Part shown: piece after piece, positions 26,022 through 35,326 of the stretch | Layout: each line of letters starts with the position of its first letter | How positions within the stretch are numbered: the stretch's first letter is position 1 | NCBI GenBank assembly: GCA_934757825.1 | Contig: CAKVLP010000001.1 | Span: 366,869-430,868, forward strand | DNA: 64,000 bases | Origin: an uncultured Clostridia bacterium | GTDB taxonomy: Bacteria > Bacillota > Clostridia > Christensenellales > UBA1242 | Direction of reading: 5' to 3' | Notes under the pieces: model-generated | The model's database searches: none | Told to the model about the DNA's origin: nothing | What the model saw: only the letters and a program-made list of their open reading frames with translations | Translations under genes and position numbers: made by a program

Positions 26022-26358
26022 ATTTGCTATTTTGTGATTCAGTTTCAGTTTGAGATTTTTCTTGTTCCTCAATCTGAGTTTCTTGTTTGTGCTTGTTGGC
26101 AAGCCAGTTGTTGTATTCCTCTTTGGATTTTAAAGCGATTGGTAGGAAAATTGCAACGCAAAGAATAATGCTAGCCACACAAGACGCAATTATTGGCACA
26201 ATACTGCGTTTTTTGTTGTGCTCGTTTATGACAACAATGTTTTTGTTTACTACGCGCTTTGGCACAACATTTGTAGACTTAATCTGTTCCAACATATCTT
26301 TTGGCATAAGTAAATCAACTTCGCGTTTCAACTCTTCTTTAAGTTGTTTCTTTTTCAT
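26020..26358 (-). CDS. single-pass membrane protein, putative anti-sigma factor
   Basis: Start ATG overlaps the sigma-factor stop (ATGA). One TM helix (IVPIIASCVASIILCVAIFLPIAL). Assignment is by position only. No zinc-binding anti-sigma motif seen. Confidence 0.4.
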   Translation of the reverse strand: MKKKQLKEELKREVDLLMPKDMLEQIKSTNVVPKRVVNKNIVVINEHNKKRSIVPIIASCVASIILCVAIFLPIALKSKEEYNNWLANKHKQETQIEEQEKSQTETESQNSK

Positions 26359-26882
26359 TTTTTTCCTCCTTCAATATATTTCTTTAATTTTTTAAGTGAA
26401 TTATTGTACGACCACAGCACGCTTCCCAAAGGTCTGTTTACTATCTGCGCAATCTCGCGATGTTTGTATCCGCTTACGATGTGAAGCATAACAATGGTCA
26501 GTTCGTCGGCGTTAAGCACGCGCTTTGCCACCTTGAACACGGGAATGTCGTTGTTGACATCTTCGCTTGACGCCACAAACTCGTTTTCCTGAAAATCGGT
26601 TGGGGTCACGCGACTAAGTTTTTTGTTTTCGTTTATGCTAAGGTTTTTAGCGATTGTAAGTATCCAGGCATAACCATTGGTGCCGGCCTTAAAGTAATTG
26701 ATTTTTTCTTGTACAAGTATGTATGTACTTTGCATCAGGTCGCGTGCATCTTCGTTGTTGTTTACGATGCTTAGACAAACAGAAAATACTGCTTTGTTGG
26801 TCAGTTCGTATATTTCGTCAAGCGCGTTTTTGTCGCCCAGTTGCAGGCGTATAAGTGCTGTGTTTAGTCTGTTTTTGTCCAT
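26355..26882 (-). CDS. RNA polymerase sigma-70 family, ECF-type sigma factor
   Basis: Start moved to ATG 26882 (MDKNRLNTALIRLQLGDKNALDEIY). Region-2-like DARDLMQSTYILVQEK. Region-4 HTH YKHREIAQIVNRPLGSVLWSYNNSLKKLKKY. Confidence 0.7.
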   Translation of the reverse strand: MDKNRLNTALIRLQLGDKNALDEIYELTNKAVFSVCLSIVNNNEDARDLMQSTYILVQEKINYFKAGTNGYAWILTIAKNLSINENKKLSRVTPTDFQENEFVASSEDVNNDIPVFKVAKRVLNADELTIVMLHIVSGYKHREIAQIVNRPLGSVLWSYNNSLKKLKKYIEGGKK

Positions 26883-27147
26883 AATACTATACAACTTTTC
26901 CCTTTTTTTGTGGTAGTATACCATACCGCAAAAAATCTTGCAAGTTTTTGTGACAGGGTAGTCTTTCCTCTTTTTGTAAAATAGCGCAAAACCCCACAAT
27001 TTCTACCCGTCTAAATATTAACACCTTATTCGTTATATAAACAAAATCCGTAAATTTTTTATTTGAATGTTGTAAAATTATTTTTTAGATATTGACAATT
27101 AGGTTAATATAATATAAAATAGTGGGTGAAATTTAAGGAGAATTATT

Positions 27148-27318
27148 ATGAGTAAAAAGATTTTCAACATTTTGCTAGTGTGTTTGGTTATATTTATTGC
27201 GATTTACTTTTCATTGAAAATCAGCAACTATGGCGACGAACTAAAAAATGCCGACGATAAATTTAATAATTCCAGAACCGCTATTACATATAGCATTACT
27301 GCTAGGTATTCTAAATAG
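27148..27318 (+). CDS. unannotated small membrane protein (56 aa)
   Basis: Below the ORF-track cutoff. AAGGAGA RBS 7 nt upstream of the ATG. Reads MSKKIFNILLVCLVIFIAIYFSLKISNYGDELKNADDKFNNSRTAITYSITARYSK. Has its own promoter-like TTGACA (27092-27097) and its own terminator. Confidence 0.5.
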   Translation: MSKKIFNILLVCLVIFIAIYFSLKISNYGDELKNADDKFNNSRTAITYSITARYSK

Positions 27319-27333
27319 GTTGGTTAGTTTAGG

Positions 27334-27360
27334 TCACCCAAAATTAGGGTGATTTTTTTT
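27334..27360 (+). terminator. intrinsic terminator of the 56-aa ORF
   Basis: TCACCC-aaaatta-GGGTGA followed by 8 T. Confidence 0.7.
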
Positions 27361-27489
27361 GAGTAAAACGAATTTAGAGTAGAGTTTTTAAGTAGGAAAA
27401 ATGTACGTACAATTTTAAGTTGCTAAAAAATAAATTTCGTGTTAATAATATGATATAGGAAAATTGAGAATTTTTTAAGGGAGAAAATT

Positions 27490-28521
27490 ATGCAAAATAG
27501 AATGCTTAAAGAGGGCAATTTGCTAGACGAAAACGGGCACTTGGTGGAATGCGGATACGCCACGCACCTAATAAAAAAATACGACCGCAGTGCGATTAAA
27601 GCGGGCAAACTTAGGATAAAGGAGTGGGATTATTACCTTATCTACAACGACGACTATGGCGTAGCGCTTACAATCGACGACAACTCGTATATGGGGCTAT
27701 ACTCCGTGAGTTTTTTGGATTTTAAAAATAGGAGCGAAACTACAAAATCGCCAATGACATTTATGCCAAAAGGCAAAACAAATATGCCACCTACAAGCGA
27801 AGTGGGCGATGTGACAGTATCGCATAAAAACTACCGCTTTTCTTTCAAAAACGACGGCAAAGTTAGGACCCTTTCGGTTTGGCTTAAAAACTTTAAAGAT
27901 AAAAAAGACATAACAGTCGACTTTACGTTGACCGACGAACCAAAGGATAGTATGGTTATCGCCACACCGTTTAGAGAGAAAAAGACCGCATTTTATTACA
28001 ACCAAAAAATTGTGGGACTTAAAGCAGTTGGCAAGGTCACTATCGGCGACGAGCAGTACGATTTTAAGGATAACACCCGCGCAATCCTAGACTGGGGACG
28101 AGGCGTGTGGACATACAAAAACACGTGGTTTTGGGGCGCTGGCTGTGGCGTGCAAGACGGCCACGAAATTGGCTTCAACATTGGCTATGGCTTTGGCGAC
28201 ACCACAAATGCTAGCGAAAATATGGTGTTTTTCGATGGAGTCGCGCACAAACTTGACCGCTTGAACTTTAATATCCCAAAACTTAAAAACGGCAAAGACG
28301 ATTTTATGTCGCCATGGACATTTACGTCGAGCGATGGCAGATTTGAAATGAACTTTGAGCCGATTTTGGATAGGCACGCCAATTCCAATGTATTAGTTAT
28401 CGCTAGCAATCAGCACCAAGTTTTCGGTCGCTTTAATGGATACTTTGTGCTAGACAACGGCAAAAAGGTTGAACTTAAAAACTTCTTAGCATTCGCCGAA
28501 AAAGTAGTAAATAAGTGGTAA
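27490..28521 (+). CDS. DUF2804-like protein
   Basis: RBS AAGGGAGAA. Cytoplasmic beta-rich 343-aa protein with IKEWDYYLIYN and WFWGAG motifs, which I associate with DUF2804. From memory, not verified. Confidence 0.45.
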   Translation: MQNRMLKEGNLLDENGHLVECGYATHLIKKYDRSAIKAGKLRIKEWDYYLIYNDDYGVALTIDDNSYMGLYSVSFLDFKNRSETTKSPMTFMPKGKTNMPPTSEVGDVTVSHKNYRFSFKNDGKVRTLSVWLKNFKDKKDITVDFTLTDEPKDSMVIATPFREKKTAFYYNQKIVGLKAVGKVTIGDEQYDFKDNTRAILDWGRGVWTYKNTWFWGAGCGVQDGHEIGFNIGYGFGDTTNASENMVFFDGVAHKLDRLNFNIPKLKNGKDDFMSPWTFTSSDGRFEMNFEPILDRHANSNVLVIASNQHQVFGRFNGYFVLDNGKKVELKNFLAFAEKVVNKW

Positions 28522-28632
28522 GATTACTACCTTGAAAATTACTTTGAGTAATAAAGTACTTGCTTAAAAAACCGCTATGATGTAAACTATTATAAAATTA
28601 TCATAATATATAAATTATTTAAGGAGAATATT

Positions 28633-31600
28633 ATGAAAAAGAAGTTAACATATATACTTTCAATCCTTATGTTTATCCCTTGTATGTTGGGACTTGTGGC
28701 CTGCGGAAGCAATAAGGGCGACGGAAAAGGGAATGGAGGCGGAAGTGGAGATGGTGGCAAACAGCCGTCCAATCCTAGCAGTTTGACTGAGGAAGAAATA
28801 AAGTCATATATCCCAAATGAGTTTTCATTCAAATCGGGCGTTAAAATGACGATTTCCACAAATAGCACGTTTAATGGACAAACAGCCGAAACTGTTTTGA
28901 CCTATTACAAAACTGGTAACAACGAAATCGTTTCGACGCAAAACCAGTTCGATTCCATATCAGACGGCGAAGTTATAAAAAACGACAACGATAGGATATT
29001 TATCAAAATCGGCGATAAATACTACGAAAAAACTCGCGACAACTTGCGTGACAAGCAATACACCACTGAGGAAACAAGCAAGGGCGGTTATCAAAGATTT
29101 ATTGCACAAGAAATGAAATATCTAAGCGATTTGACTAAGTACATTGATTACGCCGAAAACCTAAACGTAGAGATGTCAAAAGACATTTTGGGCTCGGACT
29201 ACAAAACCACATATTCTGGCAAACAAGTTAAGGAATATGATGAGGATTTAAGAAAAAATGTAATTACATACGACATTAAAATGAGCACAATATTTGTGTT
29301 GTCGTTCCCTGAGGATAATTGGTATCCTACAAAAATTGAAGATGCTTTCTATGCACCAACCGAACTTAAAGCATATTCAGTGGACGTAAAAGTTATCCTT
29401 AACGAGGACAAAACTTACAATCACGTAGAACTACTTGTACAAAGACACAAAGATTACACTCCAGCTAGCTTAGAAGACGAAAAATATGAAAAAACCGTAA
29501 TCGACTTTGAATACGGTAAAAAGGTTAATTTCAATAATCCCGACTTGCTAGAAGGATTAAAGAGCACTCCATCTTTTGGCGAAGTTACATTTGACGGCGC
29601 CGAAATTGGCGATTTCAAAAGTAGATATAGCAATGGCGAAAAAGTTACTCTTCCTACTCCAACCAAGGACGGCGCAACATTCTTGGGTTGGTACTATGAT
29701 GCGGGTTATACAATGCCAGTTGAAAATAATGTAATAACAGTTGTGGGAAGCACAAGCAACTACACCAATAGAGTGTTTGCAAAATGGAGCAACGGCGGCC
29801 GCCCAACACTTGTTATGAACGGCGGAAAGTTCTCTGCAAACGCAGAAGAGAATTTCAACGAAGCAGTTTCGGTTGGAAATATGCGTAGTGTTGTGCTAGA
29901 GCAATATGGCAAGGCGTTTGTGGGCTTCTACAAAGACGCCGAATTTAGCGAGATGATAGACTATTACAGCGAAGAGCCACTTACTTCCGATATGACATTC
30001 TATGCAAAATGGGTTAACTTAGAAAGAGTTACTATCAACACTAGCCACTTTACATACAAGACAATCGACCAAATGGGAAAACCTGGCTACAAACTTTACG
30101 CCCCAGTGGTTGAAACCGAAGCGGGCTGGATTTTCAAAAACTGGATTGACAACAATGACGTGACTTACACCGAGTCGACGGTCAACAACATTAAGTTTGG
30201 CGAAATCACATCATTGACCGCTGTTTTCGAACAAGGCACAATCGTGCGAGTTCACGACATCGAAACCGTGCTAGGTTGGGTAGAGACCGAGGGCGATGAC
30301 AAAGACGGCAAAGAACTAGATACTTACTTTATTTACGGCGAAGACACCGAAAAATCTATAAAATACAACACAACAAGATATAACGATTGGCTAAACGAAA
30401 ATAAAGGGCAAGAAGCAGATGATTCCCAATTCCCTGTTAACAACGACCTTATATACACAGTGACAGTCCCAACAGGAAAATATATAACTAACGAATGGGG
30501 AGGGGGAGGTTTTTCGGATATGTGGGATCAATTGCCTAAGGACATGAAGAACAAATATCGTAGCACCGTTCCAGTACCTGGCTGGACTATCCCATATATG
30601 GGCTTTACTGTACCGCTATATTACTACGGCTTGTCCACAAATAAGCCAACAGTCGATAACCCATGGCAAAGATCTAACAATGTTATGGCAACGGGAGAAC
30701 CGATTGATATGTGGGTGCTTGTTAAGCCACACGATATCGTTAACTTCCAAATCAAAATATATGGCTTTGATGAGCCTATTAAATGTAGGGATTATTTTGA
30801 TACAGAAGCCGAGCCAGTTGGTGGCAAATACGGCAGAGATGACGAAGTGTTCTTCCCATCGTACTGGTACGAAACATACAATTTCCCAGCAGGCACAACT
30901 TACAAAGATTGGGTTTTGGAACCTGATCACATTAAGTACTATGATTACAATTGGTGGGAAGATAGAGTTATAGGCACAGCAGGTGACTTCCAAGCATTGA
31001 AAGAGGCGATTATAAGAGAAAAATTATGGTTGGACGGCGACACTCCTACGCTATATGTAAAACTAGAAAGATACACCACAGTTAATGCTCATGTGGGCGA
31101 TACAACAACAAAGTTATATCCTATTTTCAAAGACTTTATGGAAGAAAATGATAGTGCACTTATTAGATATTTGAGTTATGGATATTCGGAAGACGAGGGC
31201 GAGACTCAATATGTTCCGCTTCCTGCGAAATACTATTTCGATATGCCTTTCAATGGTATTTACTATGCTCCTGTATCCACGCTTGGAGTCCCAGCGGGCA
31301 AAATTATTGAGGGTTATTACTACGATGCCCAGTTTACAAATCCTTGCGACCTATTTGGCACTATGATGTTTGATAGACTCTATGCTGGCGAAAATATTGA
31401 CATTTATGCTAAGTTTGTTGACGCCGATTCTATACAAGTTCGTGTTGAAAACAAATCATATTTCTATGACAAATCTTACTCTTTTATAAGGAAGGATGAA
31501 ACAACTGAAAATGGCACAATTAAGAAATATGGGACAGTAACACAAAATGATAATTCGGAGTATTTCTTCACATTTACTTCTCCCGTGGGTCTTTATGACG

Positions 31601-32301
31601 GATGGAGAGAAAACCTAACGGAAATGAACAATGCAGACTATAAATATCTTGATGTGCTTTTGGAACTTGGATATTTAAGGAAAGTGGATTTACTTCAAAA
31701 GACTGCAAAATATGACTTCGTTACCGACGGCAATGATGCTATGAAAAACTACACTGTTGAAAACACTTCTGGCACAAAAATTGGCGACTTGTACAATGGT
31801 TACAATAATCCCGATAAAGACGAATCAGAGGGTGGAGAAACAACCACCACTACTGGCAGATACTACTATGTATATGAGTTTACGAATGTCGACTCAAACG
31901 GCACACTTGTGTTTGATTATAACGACCTTATTGCAATTTGGCAAAGATTTATGGAAAAATATGATGGGACACTTATGTTCAAAATTTCACTTAACGACGT
32001 ATTCAATTATGTAAATGTTACCGAAGTAAGGTACTTCACACAAAATACTTGGAGCCTTGATTCTGATGGCAACATTGACCTAAATGGTTTTAGTGACGGT
32101 GAATGTAATGTTGTTATTGGAAATAATTGTTATTTACATTATAACGACAAAGATGGGAATGGCAACTCAGGTTACATCCGTGTGATTTTAGGGGCTTATG
32201 ATAATGATGATACACGAAGAGAAGAGCAAGATGTATTTTATCTTGACAAAACATTCACAATGTGCACAGAACTTGATCATAGAAACAATAGTAATTCATA
32301 A
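28633..32301 (+). CDS. large (1222 aa) surface lipoprotein with Flg_new-type repeats
   Basis: RBS AAGGAGAA. Lipoprotein signal MKKKLTYILSILMFIPCMLGLVAC followed by a Gly-rich linker (GSNKGDGKGNGGGSGDGG). Repeats FLGWYYDAGYT...VFAKWS, FVGFYKDAEFS...FYAKWV, WIFKNWIDNND...AVFE. Confidence 0.85.
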   Translation: MKKKLTYILSILMFIPCMLGLVACGSNKGDGKGNGGGSGDGGKQPSNPSSLTEEEIKSYIPNEFSFKSGVKMTISTNSTFNGQTAETVLTYYKTGNNEIVSTQNQFDSISDGEVIKNDNDRIFIKIGDKYYEKTRDNLRDKQYTTEETSKGGYQRFIAQEMKYLSDLTKYIDYAENLNVEMSKDILGSDYKTTYSGKQVKEYDEDLRKNVITYDIKMSTIFVLSFPEDNWYPTKIEDAFYAPTELKAYSVDVKVILNEDKTYNHVELLVQRHKDYTPASLEDEKYEKTVIDFEYGKKVNFNNPDLLEGLKSTPSFGEVTFDGAEIGDFKSRYSNGEKVTLPTPTKDGATFLGWYYDAGYTMPVENNVITVVGSTSNYTNRVFAKWSNGGRPTLVMNGGKFSANAEENFNEAVSVGNMRSVVLEQYGKAFVGFYKDAEFSEMIDYYSEEPLTSDMTFYAKWVNLERVTINTSHFTYKTIDQMGKPGYKLYAPVVETEAGWIFKNWIDNNDVTYTESTVNNIKFGEITSLTAVFEQGTIVRVHDIETVLGWVETEGDDKDGKELDTYFIYGEDTEKSIKYNTTRYNDWLNENKGQEADDSQFPVNNDLIYTVTVPTGKYITNEWGGGGFSDMWDQLPKDMKNKYRSTVPVPGWTIPYMGFTVPLYYYGLSTNKPTVDNPWQRSNNVMATGEPIDMWVLVKPHDIVNFQIKIYGFDEPIKCRDYFDTEAEPVGGKYGRDDEVFFPSYWYETYNFPAGTTYKDWVLEPDHIKYYDYNWWEDRVIGTAGDFQALKEAIIREKLWLDGDTPTLYVKLERYTTVNAHVGDTTTKLYPIFKDFMEENDSALIRYLSYGYSEDEGETQYVPLPAKYYFDMPFNGIYYAPVSTLGVPAGKIIEGYYYDAQFTNPCDLFGTMMFDRLYAGENIDIYAKFVDADSIQVRVENKSYFYDKSYSFIRKDETTENGTIKKYGTVTQNDNSEYFFTFTSPVGLYDGWRENLTEMNNADYKYLDVLLELGYLRKVDLLQKTAKYDFVTDGNDAMKNYTVENTSGTKIGDLYNGYNNPDKDESEGGETTTTTGRYYYVYEFTNVDSNGTLVFDYNDLIAIWQRFMEKYDGTLMFKISLNDVFNYVNVTEVRYFTQNTWSLDSDGNIDLNGFSDGECNVVIGNNCYLHYNDKDGNGNSGYIRVILGAYDNDDTRREEQDVFYLDKTFTMCTELDHRNNSNS

Positions 32302-32326
32302 CAATAGTAAATTTTAAGAAACAAAA

Positions 32327-32356
32327 AGCGACACTATTATAGTGCCGCTTTTTTTA
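32327..32356. terminator. intrinsic terminator between convergent genes
   Basis: AGCGACACT-attat-AGTGCCGCT (one mismatch) followed by TTTTTTT. Confidence 0.6.
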
Positions 32357-32375
32357 CTGCTATTTTAAGGTGTTG

Positions 32376-32858
32376 TTATATCACTTTCAAGTCAGATGTT
32401 TTTACCGAAATGCAATCGCCACGGATTTCGCCATTTTCGTCCACAACCGTAAAGTCAACAAGTACATGGTCGTCAACAGCGTAATCTTCTACCACCGTTC
32501 CACGGTCGCCTTTGTGAACACCTTGTTTTGCGTAACCATCTCGCTCAATCATAAGTTCCACAACGTCAAATTCTTTTACGCTAGGCTCTTTTAAATATGG
32601 CTTAGATTTTTTTAAAATTGTGTCTAGTTTTTCAACCAATTCTTGAAGTATTTCGTTTGGCAATTTTTCGTTTTTAACTTCAATGTCTTGATTGTTAACA
32701 CTCAAAACCGCATAGTCGCCCATGTTTTGAGAGTTGAAAAACAATATTGTTGAAAAAGGATTACCTGCTTCAACGACAAGCCCAAAAGTACCCTTGTGCA
32801 AATTGTGCACTATGTATGGGCTGTCGATTTTAAGTTCAACTAAATCATATTTTTTCAT
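32376..32858 (-). CDS. hypothetical protein with two similar small beta-rich halves (DUF4926-like)
   Basis: Internal duplication: KYDLVELKIDSP...HKGTFGLVVE...AVLSV versus EFDVVELMIERDG...HKGDRGTVVED...VLVDF. Confidence 0.5.
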   Translation of the reverse strand: MKKYDLVELKIDSPYIVHNLHKGTFGLVVEAGNPFSTILFFNSQNMGDYAVLSVNNQDIEVKNEKLPNEILQELVEKLDTILKKSKPYLKEPSVKEFDVVELMIERDGYAKQGVHKGDRGTVVEDYAVDDHVLVDFTVVDENGEIRGDCISVKTSDLKVI

Positions 32859-32876
32859 TGAGACCTCGGGTGGAGT

Positions 32877-33446
32877 TTATTTCGTTTTTGGAGTGTTAAG
32901 TTTTGTGGATTTGTCGTCGCACCAAATTTTTCCGTTTACAAATTGGGTTAGAGCCATTGTAAAGGCTTGTTTGTTTAGGTCGATGCGGGTTATTTTGTCG
33001 TGTGTTAGTAGCCCGATTCCGCCTGTCGAACTGCGAAGGTCTGACTCGTGGAATAGGTTGTCCATCACTGTGGCAAGTGTGTTTTGTTTTATATCCTCCA
33101 CATACTTTTCTGGCACTGGGAAACTTGCGCTTAGCCCCGTGCTAAAATTGCCGTTATTGTCGCTCACAACAGCCACATTTGTGATGTACCAGCGCCCAAA
33201 GTTGGACACAAGCCCCGATTCAATCGCCATAAATAGGTCGGCTTGAATGTTGTTTTCTTTTGCGTACTTCATCGCGTTTTTAACGCGGTTTACTGCGCCC
33301 ATATATGTCTCGTCGTTTACAGGCTGGTCGTTTACCTCGCTTGGCGCGTTTACGCCCTCAATGTTTACGTCCTTAAAATATCCCTCCAAGGCTTGTTTTG
33401 CCCCGTTAATTTTCCCTGGATTTTTTGTTCCAATTATTACTTTCAT
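32877..33446 (-). CDS. inosine/xanthosine triphosphatase (YjjX / DUF84 NTPase family)
   Basis: N-terminal MKVIIGTKNPGKINGAKQAL and internal FMAIESG motif typical of non-canonical purine NTP phosphatases. 189 aa. Confidence 0.65.
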   Translation of the reverse strand: MKVIIGTKNPGKINGAKQALEGYFKDVNIEGVNAPSEVNDQPVNDETYMGAVNRVKNAMKYAKENNIQADLFMAIESGLVSNFGRWYITNVAVVSDNNGNFSTGLSASFPVPEKYVEDIKQNTLATVMDNLFHESDLRSSTGGIGLLTHDKITRIDLNKQAFTMALTQFVNGKIWCDDKSTKLNTPKTK

Positions 33447-33899
33447 AATTTTCTCCCTTGTTTAGTAAATTTTTTTTCTGCTGTTTAAAAAAATAACCTC
33501 CTTAATTTACAACAATAAAACACAGCAAAGAAATATTGTATGTGTTATTGCCATTCATAAGAAGATTTCCTTTAAAAAATATTCCCAAAACTTACCAATC
33601 TGGAATGGACATACGAGATTGTTATCTCTATAATACCCAATGTTTTGCTCGTTGTCAATATTTTTTTGTTAAACTTTTTTCATTTTTGTGCTTCGTTTAA
33701 GGTCGTATATATTTCGCAGACAAGTATAAACTTTTCCATTGTTTTTAGATTGAAACATTGGATTTGTGATGTTTTATATATATTTTTGAAACATTTTGTT
33801 CGTTATTGGGCTAATTTCTCACACTTTAAACGGCAACCTTCATAATAAATTAAAGAGGCATTTTATCTGTTTACTAAATTTTGATTTTATGGAGTTGCG

Positions 33900-35192
33900 A
33901 TGAAAAATAATTGTTTTCACGATACGTTTAAGAAAAGGGGTTGTTGTAGTGGCGGGTCTGACCAAATTTGCACCGAAAAGATTGTAAACGGCCCACGCGG
34001 GTTTATGGGAAACACCGGTGTCACAGGTGCAACAGGTGCTACGGGAGTGACTGGTGCCACAGGGCCAACTGGAGCAACGGGGCCAAGCGGAGTGACAATA
34101 AATGCGCGTTCTACCCAAACCCTTACGCCCGACCAAGACGCTTTTGTTATGTCCACAATAGAAGGTGACACTGTTCATCTTGACTTTTATATTCCACGTG
34201 GATTTGACGGAGCGCTAGCAGACATTACAGTGGGAGATGTGCGACAAGTTGATAGCGACCAGCCTGCGCGAGTGACCGATAGATATGTCGAGGGCACACA
34301 TTATATTGATTTTGATATCCCAAAAGGCGAGGTCGGCGCACAAGGTCCACAAGGAATTAAAGGCGACAAGGGCGACCCAGGAAGTGTTGGCGAAAAGGGC
34401 GAAAAAGGAGACAAGGGAGATACTGGACCAAGAGGGTTTCCAGGCGAGATTGGTATAAGCGAAATGATTTCTATCGACCTTACCGAAACCGTCGACGCTG
34501 GCGAAGATGCGCAAGTTTTGGACGACTTTGAGCGAAACGTGCACCACCTTACATTCTTTATCCCGCGTGGCGAAAAGGGTGAAAAAGGAGAGAAGGGGGA
34601 AAAGGGTGACGAGGTGATTGTGGCGGGCATTACTACCCAAGTTGATTCCACTCAGCCAGCAAAAGTTGAGGATAGATACGAGGGCGATGTGCACTTTTTA
34701 GACTTTGAAATTCCCAAAGGAGAGAAGGGTGAAACCGGAGGACAAGGTGAGGTTGGGCCAAGGGGACCTGCGGGGGTTGCTGGACCTCCTGGCTCAACGT
34801 TGAATATAAACGCAACAATTTATAATCCAAACGCTGTGCAAATTGCAAGTGGTAGGCCTATTGTTATGGATCAAGTTTTAACGAGAAATGGTATGGCGGT
34901 TAATGATAGTGGCATTACAATTCCACGAACTGGCACATATATAATTTCATTTTCCATTAACAACGGCGCTTCTGCAACGGCGGGTGACTGTGTGGGTATT
35001 TATAGGAATAATAGCCTTATCATCGGCACAACGCGCCCGCTCACTACAAGCACAAATGTGAGTGGAACTATTGTGTTTTCACTTGCCCAAAATGACATAA
35101 TCACGCTTGTTCCTACATTGTCCACTGGCAGGACAATAACTGCTTCAGGTGCACCGAGCGCTATGCTTACTGTTATTCAAATTGCGACCTAA
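33900..35192 (+). CDS. collagen-like repeat protein with C-terminal C1q/BclA-like globular domain
   Basis: GXY tracts (GNTGVTGATGATGVTGATGPTGATGPSG; GAQGPQGIKGDKGDPGSVGEKGEKGDKGDTGPRGFPGE; GEKGEKGEKGEKGD; GEKGETGGQGEVGPRGPAGVAGPPG). These alternate with four modules ending in h-x-F-x-IP[RK]G. The last ~125 aa are a beta-rich head. No signal peptide. Confidence 0.8.
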   Translation: MKNNCFHDTFKKRGCCSGGSDQICTEKIVNGPRGFMGNTGVTGATGATGVTGATGPTGATGPSGVTINARSTQTLTPDQDAFVMSTIEGDTVHLDFYIPRGFDGALADITVGDVRQVDSDQPARVTDRYVEGTHYIDFDIPKGEVGAQGPQGIKGDKGDPGSVGEKGEKGDKGDTGPRGFPGEIGISEMISIDLTETVDAGEDAQVLDDFERNVHHLTFFIPRGEKGEKGEKGEKGDEVIVAGITTQVDSTQPAKVEDRYEGDVHFLDFEIPKGEKGETGGQGEVGPRGPAGVAGPPGSTLNINATIYNPNAVQIASGRPIVMDQVLTRNGMAVNDSGITIPRTGTYIISFSINNGASATAGDCVGIYRNNSLIIGTTRPLTTSTNVSGTIVFSLAQNDIITLVPTLSTGRTITASGAPSAMLTVIQIAT

Positions 35193-35292
35193 TAATTATT
35201 ATCGCAATTTAAAGGGCTCAAAGTATAGGGTAATGGATATGTTTTTATATGGTTTTTTATATGGTTTAAGTAAAACAACCATAGTATAATAT

Positions 35293-35326
35293 AAAAAAGG
35301 CTTTACTTTGCGTAAAGCCTTTTTTA
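35293..35326. terminator. bidirectional intrinsic terminator
   Basis: A-run, AAGGCTTTAC-tttgc-GTAAAGCCTT, T-run. Confidence 0.7.

Noticed and set aside
32734-33246. 170-aa + strand ORF spanning the junction of two minus-strand genes.
   Set aside because: It is antisense to the YjjX-type NTPase and to the DUF4926-like gene, both of which have recognisable motifs.
33825-33860. Possible sporulation sigma-K-type promoter (CATAATAAA) upstream of the BclA-like collagen gene.
   Set aside because: It does not fit CATAnnnTA at the critical positions and there is no matching -35. No sporulation genes lie in the window.
33840-34848. Several antisense or off-frame ORFs within the collagen-like gene (33840-34178, 33917-34171, 33968-34168, 34215-34694, 34301-34651, 34633-34848).
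   Set aside because: GXY-coding repeats stay open in multiple frames and on both strands (for example the antisense PVAPV repeats). There are no independent expression signals.
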